Shown one piece after another: positions 8,775-18,212 of a DNA stretch of 40,000 nt. The stretch spans positions 11,372 to 51,371 of the forward strand of contig JAZOTD010000036.1 of NCBI GenBank assembly GCA_045657465.1. The letters run 5' to 3'. A program made the position numbers and the translations under genes. Each line of letters begins with the position of its first letter. Position 1 is the first letter of the stretch. The stretch comes from Clostridia bacterium (lineage in GTDB: Bacteria > Bacillota > Clostridia > Christensenellales > UBA1242). The notes beneath the pieces were generated by a model, which worked only from the letters and a program-made list of their open reading frames with translations, did not search any database and was not told the origin of the DNA.

Positions 8775-9687
8775 TTCTAACACCTCCTAACGCCAAAGGC
8801 TTAAGAACTAAATATTTGTCCATTATAGGAACAAGCATATTCATAAACAAAGCAACTGCAAAGATTGAATTTTCTCCAAGCTTTCCAGTGCTCCAAACAA
8901 GTGCAGAAAGCACACCAAATAAAAGTGAATATAAAATCTTGCCAATAAACGTGTTTGGTGATGTGTTAGGATCAGTAATCATAAACACTGACACGAAAAT
9001 AAACGAACCTGAAAACATATTCATGACAGTTTCTTCAAGTCCACCAAGCATCATCCCAGTAACAAAATAACCAATCACTGCAAGTAGTGGAAGTTTAAAA
9101 TCAACCACACCTGAATAAACCAAGAATGCATAACAAATAACCAAGATAATCACACAAGTGGTTCCAATTCCACCAACACTCTCACCCACAAGCAAGTTTG
9201 TAAGTGTGTTAGTTCCACCAAGTGCAATCGATGTCATTTGTTCGCCATTAAGTGTGATTTGATAAAACTCAGAAGCAACCATGCTTGAAATAACACCAGT
9301 CATACATCTTCCCACAAGTGCAGGATTAAACTTGTTTCTTCCAAGCCCACCGAATGCCATCTTTGCAACAAATATTGAAACAAAAGCACTAATCATAACA
9401 AAATGCCAAGGAATTCCAATAGGCATCGTAAGTGCCAGAATAAAACCTGTTACAACACAAGAAAAATTATCAACATAAAATTTCTTTTTTGCGATAAGGT
9501 TAAACAATCCTTCAAAAACCAAGCAAGAAACAACCCCAACAGCAACAATTAACAATGCTTTAATTCCAAAAAATAACGTTCCATAAATTGCAGGCAACAA
9601 CAACGCCACTGCCACATACAAAAACATCTTATTTGTATCATTACCACTACGAACAAATGGAGCGTGTGAAACTACAAACTTTTCCAT
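8758..9687 (-). CDS. rnfD: RnfD-like membrane subunit
   Basis: FVAKMAFGGLGRNKFNPALVGR, FMITDPNTSPNT, FAVALFMNMLVPIMDKY match RnfD/NqrB family. Confidence 0.88.
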   Translation of the reverse strand: MEKFVVSHAPFVRSGNDTNKMFLYVAVALLLPAIYGTLFFGIKALLIVAVGVVSCLVFEGLFNLIAKKKFYVDNFSCVVTGFILALTMPIGIPWHFVMISAFVSIFVAKMAFGGLGRNKFNPALVGRCMTGVISSMVASEFYQITLNGEQMTSIALGGTNTLTNLLVGESVGGIGTTCVIILVICYAFLVYSGVVDFKLPLLAVIGYFVTGMMLGGLEETVMNMFSGSFIFVSVFMITDPNTSPNTFIGKILYSLLFGVLSALVWSTGKLGENSIFAVALFMNMLVPIMDKYLVLKPLALGGVRNAFKN

Positions 9688-11012
9688 TACTTAACACCTC
9701 CATGTTTTTTATCATAAAATTTTGCTGCAGCAATTCTTTGTGTCAAATAACGTCTTGAAGGACACACATATGAACAGCAACCGCATTCGATACAAGTTTG
9801 AACATTAAGTTTTTTAATCTCGTCAACATTTTCTCTTAAATAAGCTTCATCAATAAGCTTTGGATTTAAAAATACCGGACAAACATTTATGCACTTTCCA
9901 CAAGAAATACATGGAAGTTCTTTTTCTGGAGTAAGCACATCATATTTTAAAAGCAACAATGTGTTTGTCATCAAAGAAACTGAAATGTCTTTGTTGTATT
10001 GTGCTGTGCCTGATAAAACATTTCCATCAACAACTTGACAGTCAGCTTGCGAATCTTCAACACCTGCATATTCAATCAGTTTGTCATAAGATGTGCCGAT
10101 AGGAACAATATAGTTACCCTTTCTAACAATATTGTCACCATCAACAGTAACAATCTTGCTTGTAACTGGCTTGTTAAATTCAACGGCACGACAAAAATCG
10201 AAACAAGACTCAGCTGTTTCAATGGTGATTCCCGCCTCTAAGAAAGATGTGGTTTTATTTATATTCTTTTTACAAATAAGTTTTGCAACAATGTAAGGAT
10301 TGTCAAATGGATACTTGTTTGGAATAAACTTAATTTTGAAGTCATAATTCTTTTTTGTTTCAAGAATATGCTTTTTTACTTTTGCAGCAAGCTTGTAGTT
10401 TGCTTCCGTGAAAACAAATGTGATGTATGACGCACCAGTAATATTCATAAAATACTTGGCACCATTAACAACTTCTTCAAGTCTATAGTTGACCAAAGTT
10501 TGATTGATTGAATTGTTTGGATCAGTGCTGTCCATCATAATAACTAATGTCTTATAGGTTCTTGCACCCACATAAGCATACTTTAGGTATGTTGGCATAG
10601 TTGAAATTGTGTCAACCAAACCAGCTTCACGAAGTCTGGTAATAAGTGCGGTGTCTCCAATTGAATCAATTTCTGGCAAGTCTTCAACTTCTTCTTTCGA
10701 ATCATTCATAATCAAAACATGCTTGCAAAGCTCACCATGTGAATTCATTTTTTGCAAGATGTTTAAAACCTTTCCACTGCATGGTGAAAAGATGTTCACA
10801 CCGAACTTTCCTGATGGTTTTGCAATCAATGAACCCTGCTTTACAACATCACCAACGTGAACAACAGGCTCAGCTTCTGCTATGTTTTTTAACTTTAGTG
10901 GCACGTTATAAAATTCAGCTGCTGGCATTTGAGACAAATCAACACCAACGCTCATTTTCTTCATGTATGGATATATACCCTTAAAACTAATTAATCCCAC
11001 AATAAACCTCAC
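9687..11012 (-). CDS. rnfC: RnfC-like peripheral subunit, 4Fe-4S motifs present, flavin/NADH site degenerate; start could also be GTG at 11000
   Basis: VHVGDVVKQGSLIAKPSG...IFSPCSGKV barrel-sandwich motif; CISCGKCINVCP and CIECGCCSYVCPS; first gene of rnfC-D-E-A-B order. Confidence 0.85.
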   Translation of the reverse strand: MRFIVGLISFKGIYPYMKKMSVGVDLSQMPAAEFYNVPLKLKNIAEAEPVVHVGDVVKQGSLIAKPSGKFGVNIFSPCSGKVLNILQKMNSHGELCKHVLIMNDSKEEVEDLPEIDSIGDTALITRLREAGLVDTISTMPTYLKYAYVGARTYKTLVIMMDSTDPNNSINQTLVNYRLEEVVNGAKYFMNITGASYITFVFTEANYKLAAKVKKHILETKKNYDFKIKFIPNKYPFDNPYIVAKLICKKNINKTTSFLEAGITIETAESCFDFCRAVEFNKPVTSKIVTVDGDNIVRKGNYIVPIGTSYDKLIEYAGVEDSQADCQVVDGNVLSGTAQYNKDISVSLMTNTLLLLKYDVLTPEKELPCISCGKCINVCPVFLNPKLIDEAYLRENVDEIKKLNVQTCIECGCCSYVCPSRRYLTQRIAAAKFYDKKHGGVK

Positions 11013-11081
11013 TTAATATATACAAAAATATTGTAACAAATTATGGGTTTATTGTAAAACAAATTTACCCTTTAAACCAAA

Positions 11082-11462
11082 TTATTGTTTTTTATTTTTC
11101 ATTGCAAGAATGGTTTTTATAGCATAAAAAATACCAACCAAAATAATGAAACTTGCAAACAAAATTCTAAGCAAATTTGAACTAGTTTTAAGCGCAAAAA
11201 GACTCGCAAAAAAAGCCACTATCGTGGCAGGAATTGAAATGCAAAAAAACGCCATGAAATCAATCAATTTATTTTTAATATAAATCACAAAACAAACACT
11301 CGCCAAAACAACAAAACAGATCACATTTGTTGACTGGCAAATAATCTGCTCAACTCCAAAAAACAAACTTAAAAGCGGAATCAAAAAAGTTCCACCACCC
11401 ATACCCATTCCAGCAAAAATTCCCGAAAATGTAGATATTAATAAAATTAGCAAAATCTGCAC
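11082..11462 (-). CDS. Half-size TauE/SafE family membrane protein
   Basis: STFSGIFAGMGMGGGTFLIPLLSLFFGV motif of TauE/SafE half repeat; 126 aa. Confidence 0.75.
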   Translation of the reverse strand: MQILLILLISTFSGIFAGMGMGGGTFLIPLLSLFFGVEQIICQSTNVICFVVLASVCFVIYIKNKLIDFMAFFCISIPATIVAFFASLFALKTSSNLLRILFASFIILVGIFYAIKTILAMKNKKQ

Positions 11463-11527
11463 TATTTTCTCCTTATTTCAATGTTTTTATATTGTTTTTC
11501 AATGTTTTTTAATGCTTTTTGCGTTTT

Positions 11528-11908
11528 TTAAAACACAATCATGCAAACGCCAGCCACAATTAACACCACTGAAAAGATTAAATCTATAACATTATTTTTT
11601 AATTTTTTCAATAATTTTGTTCCAACCAAGCTTCCAATTACACTCCCTATCCCACACACCAAAACAAGCTTAAAATCAACTTCATTTTTAATAAAATAAA
11701 ACACTGAACTTGACACACACATAAACAGCACACAAGCAAGTGTTGTGGCATGTGCAATCTTAGAATCTTGTTTTGAAACATAGCCAATCATGGGCACAAG
11801 CAAAAGCCCACCACCCGCTCCAAAAAAACCATTAATGAACCCAGCAACCAGTCCAACCGCCACTAGCTCCAAAATTTTTAATAATTCTTTCTTGTTTTTA
11901 TTATCCAC
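11528..11908 (-). CDS. Half-size TauE/SafE family membrane protein
   Basis: GLVAGFINGFFGAGGGLLLVPMIGYV motif; 126 aa, 65 bp upstream of its partner. Confidence 0.8.
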   Translation of the reverse strand: MDNKNKKELLKILELVAVGLVAGFINGFFGAGGGLLLVPMIGYVSKQDSKIAHATTLACVLFMCVSSSVFYFIKNEVDFKLVLVCGIGSVIGSLVGTKLLKKLKNNVIDLIFSVVLIVAGVCMIVF

Positions 11909-12095
11909 ATAACTAGTATTCTTTTTTTGACCAGCAATTATAACAATATTTTATAATAGGCTTTTTAAAACCCCAAAATGCCCAATTTTTCTACATTTTT
12001 AAGACTAAAATTTTTGAGAAAAGGTTGATTTTTTTCAACAAATATAATAAAATTAATGTGGTTATTTTTAACAATAAAAATTAGGACGGTTTATA

Positions 12096-15000
12096 ATGAA
12101 GAAATTATCAAAATCATACAGCAAGAACAAAAAGTCAATACTAAGCGCATTCCTTGCATCAGTGTTGGCATTTTCATTTAACTACTCTCCAATTTCAATG
12201 ATTAGCAATCTTGTTAAGACTTCAAATGCTTACAAGTCTTCATCATTGCAATCTTATTATGGCGAAACAACTTCAACTTCTGAATCAAAAGTGAAAGCGT
12301 ATTACCCTGAAGAACTCGCAGAGTATTTTTCTCAAAGCAAAACAAATTTCAACATCGAAACTTATTACAATTCAAGATTCGATGACTTGTTCAAAGGTTA
12401 TGCAAATGACTTTTTGCTAAGCGGAAAAGTGCCTTTTGTTAATCCTGACGGTTCAGACAACCCTGATGCAATGACAAACTATTCAACTCTTGTTAGAAAC
12501 TTCTTGTCAAACAAAAAAGTTTCAACTCTTTATGAATACTTTGAAAACAACAAAACTGACATCAAGGCAGACCTAAACATTTCAGACTTTAGAACATATG
12601 TTGAATATTTCGTATCTCACGAAATCACTTGGACAATCTCTGATGCTGAAACAGGAAAAATCCCAGCAGCATTCACAACCGCCCCAACAAAAACTTATTT
12701 CTACTGTTCATTTGCAAACTTCTTAACCAACACACAAGAAAGTGTTAAATCAACAGATACAAATGGTTTTGACAACCTTCCAGAAGATTACACAGAATCA
12801 CAATTCTATCAATTCTCTCTTTCTTATAAAAGACTCAAAGATGCTGTTGATGCTGAAATCGTTAAAACAATGGCAATCTATTCATATGATGGTCAAACAC
12901 AAAGCAACACCGTTGCAGGCATCGTGGCTGAAGGTGCTCCTGTTTCAAAAGAGTTCTATTATAAAGATAATGAATACACTCCACAAAACACACCAAAAGT
13001 TTCTTATTCACAAAAAACCGTTAACAAAGTAAAAAATAGAATTGTATATTACTTTGGAACTCTTCCAACATTGCCAAGCGGATACACTAGACCAGATCAT
13101 CTTGAAGAATTAGACATAAACAAATTTTATGAAAACCCTCTTCAATATAGATTAACCCTTGACGACGGCTTAGACGACAATGAAGAATATGGTTACATTC
13201 CTGGGATCAACACATTCTATAAATATGAATCAATTCCATTTGCAACCACAAAAAATCAATATGACTTATATGTCGTTGATGACTCTGTTACAGATTTAGA
13301 AAAAACAACTTATGCATCACTTGGCATCACAGTGTTAACTTCTGACGACATCGACAACGACACACAAAACGCTGAAGACCTTCAAGACCTTGGGATTAGC
13401 AAAGCTGATTCAAAATCTTACTTCAAGGTTCCTTATGATTCAACTGCTGAACATGGTGACATCTATTTCAACCAAATCTTCAGTTTCATTGCTTCATCTG
13501 CAACTAAAAACAAAGTTTACAAAATTTTAGAAGAATTGCAAAAAATTGATGCAATACATGGTCTTTATTTAAAATATAAAAACAATGCTGATAATATCGT
13601 TTATTATGACCCTGCTTTAAATGGTGGCAAATCAAAAGAAACTTTCATTGCTGACGCAAAGAAAGAAGAAAACGGCATCTATGACCATTTGGTTATTGAA
13701 TTTGATTACAATAGTTTGTCTGCTGAAGAAAAAGAAAGCTATTGCATCATTCCAACTTCATTCTCTGGTCACAACGTTGGTAGTTACACTCTCTATTTTG
13801 AAAAGACAAAAACTTTCTATCAAGAAACTAACACAACAAACTATGATGGTTACGTAACAAAAGACACACCTGTTGACCCATATGAATATTCATCTCACCT
13901 GATTCCAACAGATTCTTACAAAATGGCTGACTATGGCAAAGAAATTTTTGCTCTAGTTGAAAATAAAGACACAACTGCCAAAGTTACAATTGACTCAACT
14001 GAATATTTTACCGTTGATCAATTTGAACTTGATAAACCTGAAAATAGAAATTTCTATATTGAAGTTCCTGAATACACCTACAACAAAATTTATGGTGCAA
14101 ACAACAGAACCTACAAACTCTATTTCAAACATGAAGCAAAAGCAACAAGACAACTCTATGTTGTTGATGACACTAAATCTGCTTCAACAAACGAGGTTTA
14201 CAAAAATTTATATTACAACGTTATCACTTCTGAAGAATTGAAGCTTAACAAACTCAATTATGTTGCCGTTGAATCAACTGATGCAAACTACAACAAAAAC
14301 TTTAAGCTTTATTATAGATATGATGAAGACACAAAATTTTCTGAACTCTTTGTTCAAAATGAATTTAGAAACACCGGCAGTGACGATAATTCAAAACACA
14401 ACGCCAACGCTGTTTACATTGTCGATGAAGATGTTAAGCCTGATGAACTTGCAAAATATAAAGTAAATTTGTTTAATGTTGTTTCAACAGAAGAATTCAA
14501 CCAAAACAAACACTTCTATGTTTTAATTCAACAAGGTGACGAAAACTATAACTCACAATACACAAAGCTTTATTACAAATATAAAACAGACACAACAAAA
14601 GCTAGTGAAAAAGTTATCTATATCTACACTTCTGGAAAGAGCGACAAATATCAAACTTTCTACAAAAACAACGCTGGTTATGTTGCTTCTGATTATGAGC
14701 TCATTCCATCAACAGACACTGAAAACTATGTTGAAGGTACAAACCTTTATTATAAAAAGAAAAGAGTTCAATCAGCAGTTAATAAGCCACAAATGACTTA
14801 TTATTATTATCAAAACTCTTCAACCGTTTCACTCAAGGCAAACAAATATTATGCTATTTCATTCTATGTTTACACAAACGGTTATTATGATGAAGCAAAG
14901 ACAATGCCTATTGAAGCATCATTCTATTTGTCAGATTCAAATGGCTACGTGTCAAACATTTCCCTTGAACACATCTCATCTCAAGGCAAATGGACAAAAT

Positions 15001-18000
15001 ATTATATGTTCGTTTCAACAGATCTCAACTCTGCTTCTGCTGTTTCACTTAAGATGTATCTTGGTGACAAAACAAGCATCTTGGGTTCTAGATATGAAGA
15101 CAACAAAGACACAATCAAAACTGTTAGTGGCGTTGTTCTCTTTGATAACATTAGAGTTACAACAATTAACTACACAGACTTCACAAAACGCAGAGTTGAT
15201 GACAAAGACATCACCGTTGAAAAATATTTAGAAGAATCTGATTCTCCTGTTGTTCTTGACGTTGTTGTTGCAAACGATGATGCAAGATTCAACACAACAA
15301 ACGTGTTTGACAACAGAGCCAACTCAACTCTTGTTATTGGAGACAATGACAATTCAACAACTTGGGACGAAGGCAAAGATTTTGATGACATGTTCAACTT
15401 TGACGATATCTATAACACAAACAAAGATTCAAACGTGTTCACAGATATTCCTGATGTAACCGAAAAAACTGATGGCTACTCACCAAAAACTACAATGTGG
15501 TCATATTATATTGGCCGTGATGTTTCTGGTCTTGGCAACAGCAGAAAACTTGAACAATATCAAGAAGCCTATATGTCAGGCAACCTTTCAGTAAGTCTCG
15601 TTGATGAAGAAACAGAAATCAGCAAAACAATCACTCCTGTTGACAAAGACGAAGATAAGAAAGAAGAAGATAAAAAAGAAGAAGACAAAACTGAAAACAA
15701 AGAAACAATTGCTTCAACATTTAATCTAGCAAACCGTGCATTGAAACTTGAAAACACAAACAGTATTATTTCTCTTGGCATCACATCAAACGCATTTAAG
15801 ATTGAACAATTTAGATATTACAAAATTACAGTTTGGGTGTTTGCTCCAGACAAAGAAGCAACTGCTTCAATCACACTTAACTCTGTGGTTGAAACCGCAT
15901 CAACTCCAACTTATGGAACTCTTTTAACAAAGACAATTTCTCTTGATGCATGCTATGCTTCATACACAACAGCTCCAACAAACGAATATGGTTGGATTCC
16001 TTGTTCATTCTATATTGAAGGAAATGCACTTCATGACCAACTTTGCTATTTGGTTCTTTCAGCTGGAAAAGACTCAACTGTTTACTTCGACAATATCTCT
16101 GTTGAAAATGTTTCATCATCTGCTTATGACACAGTAAGTTCAGATTCAGACAACACAACAAATTACTTGTCACTCACCAACTCATCATCAGTTATTTCTA
16201 ATGGTATCACAAATGGTTACTTTAACAACATCACTTTCAAAAATGATTACAAAGAACCAGACATGACAACACCTAGAACTGCAAAGAGCTGGACTGTTGA
16301 CTCAAATAGTTCAAGTGCTGTGGTTGCAGGAGTTGTTCCAACAAACAAAACCTACACTTCGCTCACTGACAACTTCTATAAAAAATATAACAAAGATGGC
16401 GACGACGTAATCATTCCATATTCAAATGGATTTGATGAAAACAATTCATACAACAACGTGTTTGCAATTTATGCCCCTTCAACAATGAACAACCCTATTG
16501 AAGGCTCAACACAAACTGGCGTAAACACAACTAATATGTATAAGCTTTATTCTTCTTCAATTAGCTTGTCTGCAAACGGCGTTTATGAAATTTCATTTGA
16601 TTTCTTCAAAGGATATAACTTCACTGGATCAATGATTGCAAACCTTTATTATGGTTCAAAAGATTCAGCAAAAATTATTTCATCATTTAAAATTGATGCA
16701 AACAACCTTGATGAATATGCTTGGGAAACCTTCAAATTCTATGTTGCTTCGTCATACTCAACCGCAAGTGTATATCTTGAAATTGGTGTAACTGGTGCAA
16801 CTGGAACATGTTTCTTTAAAGATGCTCTCAAGGTAACATCTTCAAAATTACTCACCGATTTGCGTGACGAAATTATCAATGTAAATGAAAACTTGTCAGG
16901 CACAGCTGATATGTTTAACAAACAATCTCTTCAAAACTATAGATTTGTAGACTTTGCAATGTTATCATCATCAACTCACAGCCTTGAATTCAATAAACAA
17001 AACAACACATACAACGTTTCTGAATACAAGAACGAACTCATTAACACCAACAAATACACCGTTGGAAAATCTGGAGTTGCTGTTGCAACATTCTTCGCTG
17101 AGGAAGATTCAACAGTTACATATTCAGTAACAATCAACAAAATAACATATTATATTGGTGAAGATGCAAGTTCTGACACAGGCTATTCACTCTACAAATA
17201 TTCTTGCTGCTGTGAAGATGACAAAGTAACTGAAATCGACGGCTCACCTGTTGTAGTTGAAAACACCAAAAAAGTTGTTGTTGGAAAAGATGACAAAACA
17301 ACTGATTATGCATCAACCAAAACAGAAAAGAAAAACTATCTCTACACTTTTGAAAAAGATGTTGAAATCAATAATGTAATGATTCCAGCTACTGAACTTA
17401 CAAACAACTATTCAGATAGTGTCATGATTTTAGCTAACAGCTATTCAACAGATTTCATTTCACTCACACCTGCTTACACAACAACATTAAGCAAGACATC
17501 ATTCTATGTGTTGAAAATATATGTAAAAACAAGTGACTTTGCAGATGAAGACACTGGATTGAACATCAATATTGCTTCAATCTCAACTTCTTGGAAAAAC
17601 ATCAACACAACAATTCTTGATGAAGGAAAGGCTGATGAAAATGGATTCGTTTGCTATCAAGTAGGTATTAAAACAGCTGACAGTTCAATAGCAAGTTTTG
17701 GTGTAACCCTTTCTCTTGGTTCTGAAAAATCAACATGCAAAGGCTATGCAATCATTGCAGACATCGAACTTGAAAAATATGCAACTGAAGCAGACCTTGA
17801 ACACTACATCTCAACAGTTGAAGACGATGAAATCACCGTTAAAAAATATTACTCAAATGCAAAAGATGGTTCTTCTTCAAACACTTCAAATGAAAAGAAA
17901 GAAGACGCTGAAGAAGTTTCAAGATGGGCAACCTTCTTCTATATCTTCTCTTCACTTCTTTTAGCTTTGGTTCTTGGCATGGCACTTGTTGCTGTATTTG

Positions 18001-18149
18001 TTAAAAAACACCCTGTTAAACACAGAGTAAAAGCAACAAACGACCACGAAAAAGATATTGAACTTCTTAGACCTAAGAAATCAGACATCTTTGAACCAAC
18101 AAGCAAATCTTCAAATGAAGAAGATTCTGGAAACGATGGCATTTTGTAA
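12096..18149 (+). CDS. Giant (2017 aa) exported surface protein, internal repeats, C-terminal transmembrane anchor and cytoplasmic tail
   Basis: Signal-like N-terminus (SAFLASVLAFSFNYSP), C-terminal FFYIFSSLLLALVLGMALVAVFVKKHPVKHR; several degenerate repeat units; continuous 6-kb ORF. Confidence 0.85.
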   Translation: MKKLSKSYSKNKKSILSAFLASVLAFSFNYSPISMISNLVKTSNAYKSSSLQSYYGETTSTSESKVKAYYPEELAEYFSQSKTNFNIETYYNSRFDDLFKGYANDFLLSGKVPFVNPDGSDNPDAMTNYSTLVRNFLSNKKVSTLYEYFENNKTDIKADLNISDFRTYVEYFVSHEITWTISDAETGKIPAAFTTAPTKTYFYCSFANFLTNTQESVKSTDTNGFDNLPEDYTESQFYQFSLSYKRLKDAVDAEIVKTMAIYSYDGQTQSNTVAGIVAEGAPVSKEFYYKDNEYTPQNTPKVSYSQKTVNKVKNRIVYYFGTLPTLPSGYTRPDHLEELDINKFYENPLQYRLTLDDGLDDNEEYGYIPGINTFYKYESIPFATTKNQYDLYVVDDSVTDLEKTTYASLGITVLTSDDIDNDTQNAEDLQDLGISKADSKSYFKVPYDSTAEHGDIYFNQIFSFIASSATKNKVYKILEELQKIDAIHGLYLKYKNNADNIVYYDPALNGGKSKETFIADAKKEENGIYDHLVIEFDYNSLSAEEKESYCIIPTSFSGHNVGSYTLYFEKTKTFYQETNTTNYDGYVTKDTPVDPYEYSSHLIPTDSYKMADYGKEIFALVENKDTTAKVTIDSTEYFTVDQFELDKPENRNFYIEVPEYTYNKIYGANNRTYKLYFKHEAKATRQLYVVDDTKSASTNEVYKNLYYNVITSEELKLNKLNYVAVESTDANYNKNFKLYYRYDEDTKFSELFVQNEFRNTGSDDNSKHNANAVYIVDEDVKPDELAKYKVNLFNVVSTEEFNQNKHFYVLIQQGDENYNSQYTKLYYKYKTDTTKASEKVIYIYTSGKSDKYQTFYKNNAGYVASDYELIPSTDTENYVEGTNLYYKKKRVQSAVNKPQMTYYYYQNSSTVSLKANKYYAISFYVYTNGYYDEAKTMPIEASFYLSDSNGYVSNISLEHISSQGKWTKYYMFVSTDLNSASAVSLKMYLGDKTSILGSRYEDNKDTIKTVSGVVLFDNIRVTTINYTDFTKRRVDDKDITVEKYLEESDSPVVLDVVVANDDARFNTTNVFDNRANSTLVIGDNDNSTTWDEGKDFDDMFNFDDIYNTNKDSNVFTDIPDVTEKTDGYSPKTTMWSYYIGRDVSGLGNSRKLEQYQEAYMSGNLSVSLVDEETEISKTITPVDKDEDKKEEDKKEEDKTENKETIASTFNLANRALKLENTNSIISLGITSNAFKIEQFRYYKITVWVFAPDKEATASITLNSVVETASTPTYGTLLTKTISLDACYASYTTAPTNEYGWIPCSFYIEGNALHDQLCYLVLSAGKDSTVYFDNISVENVSSSAYDTVSSDSDNTTNYLSLTNSSSVISNGITNGYFNNITFKNDYKEPDMTTPRTAKSWTVDSNSSSAVVAGVVPTNKTYTSLTDNFYKKYNKDGDDVIIPYSNGFDENNSYNNVFAIYAPSTMNNPIEGSTQTGVNTTNMYKLYSSSISLSANGVYEISFDFFKGYNFTGSMIANLYYGSKDSAKIISSFKIDANNLDEYAWETFKFYVASSYSTASVYLEIGVTGATGTCFFKDALKVTSSKLLTDLRDEIINVNENLSGTADMFNKQSLQNYRFVDFAMLSSSTHSLEFNKQNNTYNVSEYKNELINTNKYTVGKSGVAVATFFAEEDSTVTYSVTINKITYYIGEDASSDTGYSLYKYSCCCEDDKVTEIDGSPVVVENTKKVVVGKDDKTTDYASTKTEKKNYLYTFEKDVEINNVMIPATELTNNYSDSVMILANSYSTDFISLTPAYTTTLSKTSFYVLKIYVKTSDFADEDTGLNINIASISTSWKNINTTILDEGKADENGFVCYQVGIKTADSSIASFGVTLSLGSEKSTCKGYAIIADIELEKYATEADLEHYISTVEDDEITVKKYYSNAKDGSSSNTSNEKKEDAEEVSRWATFFYIFSSLLLALVLGMALVAVFVKKHPVKHRVKATNDHEKDIELLRPKKSDIFEPTSKSSNEEDSGNDGIL

Positions 18150-18163
18150 TAACTACAAAAAAC

Positions 18164-18192
18164 AAAAAGAGAGACACTTGTCTCTCTTTTTT
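18164..18192 (+). terminator. Rho-independent terminator of the giant gene
   Basis: AAAAAGAGAGACActtgTCTCTCTTTTTT. Confidence 0.85.
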
Positions 18193-18212
18193 ATTCTCAA
18201 AAAAAGACGAGA

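Noticed and set aside
6466-11012. Rnf operon as a pseudogene cluster
   Set aside because: All five ORFs are full length, overlapping/coupled, with good RBS sites and conserved 4Fe-4S cysteines, so simple decay is not supported, although it cannot be excluded without comparative data.
12742-15459. Several +strand ORFs (12742, 13621, 13957, 14260, 14536, 14851, 15250) inside the giant gene
   Set aside because: Out-of-frame, low-complexity T/Q/L-rich translations overlapping a continuous 6-kb coding frame with clear domain structure; shadow ORFs.
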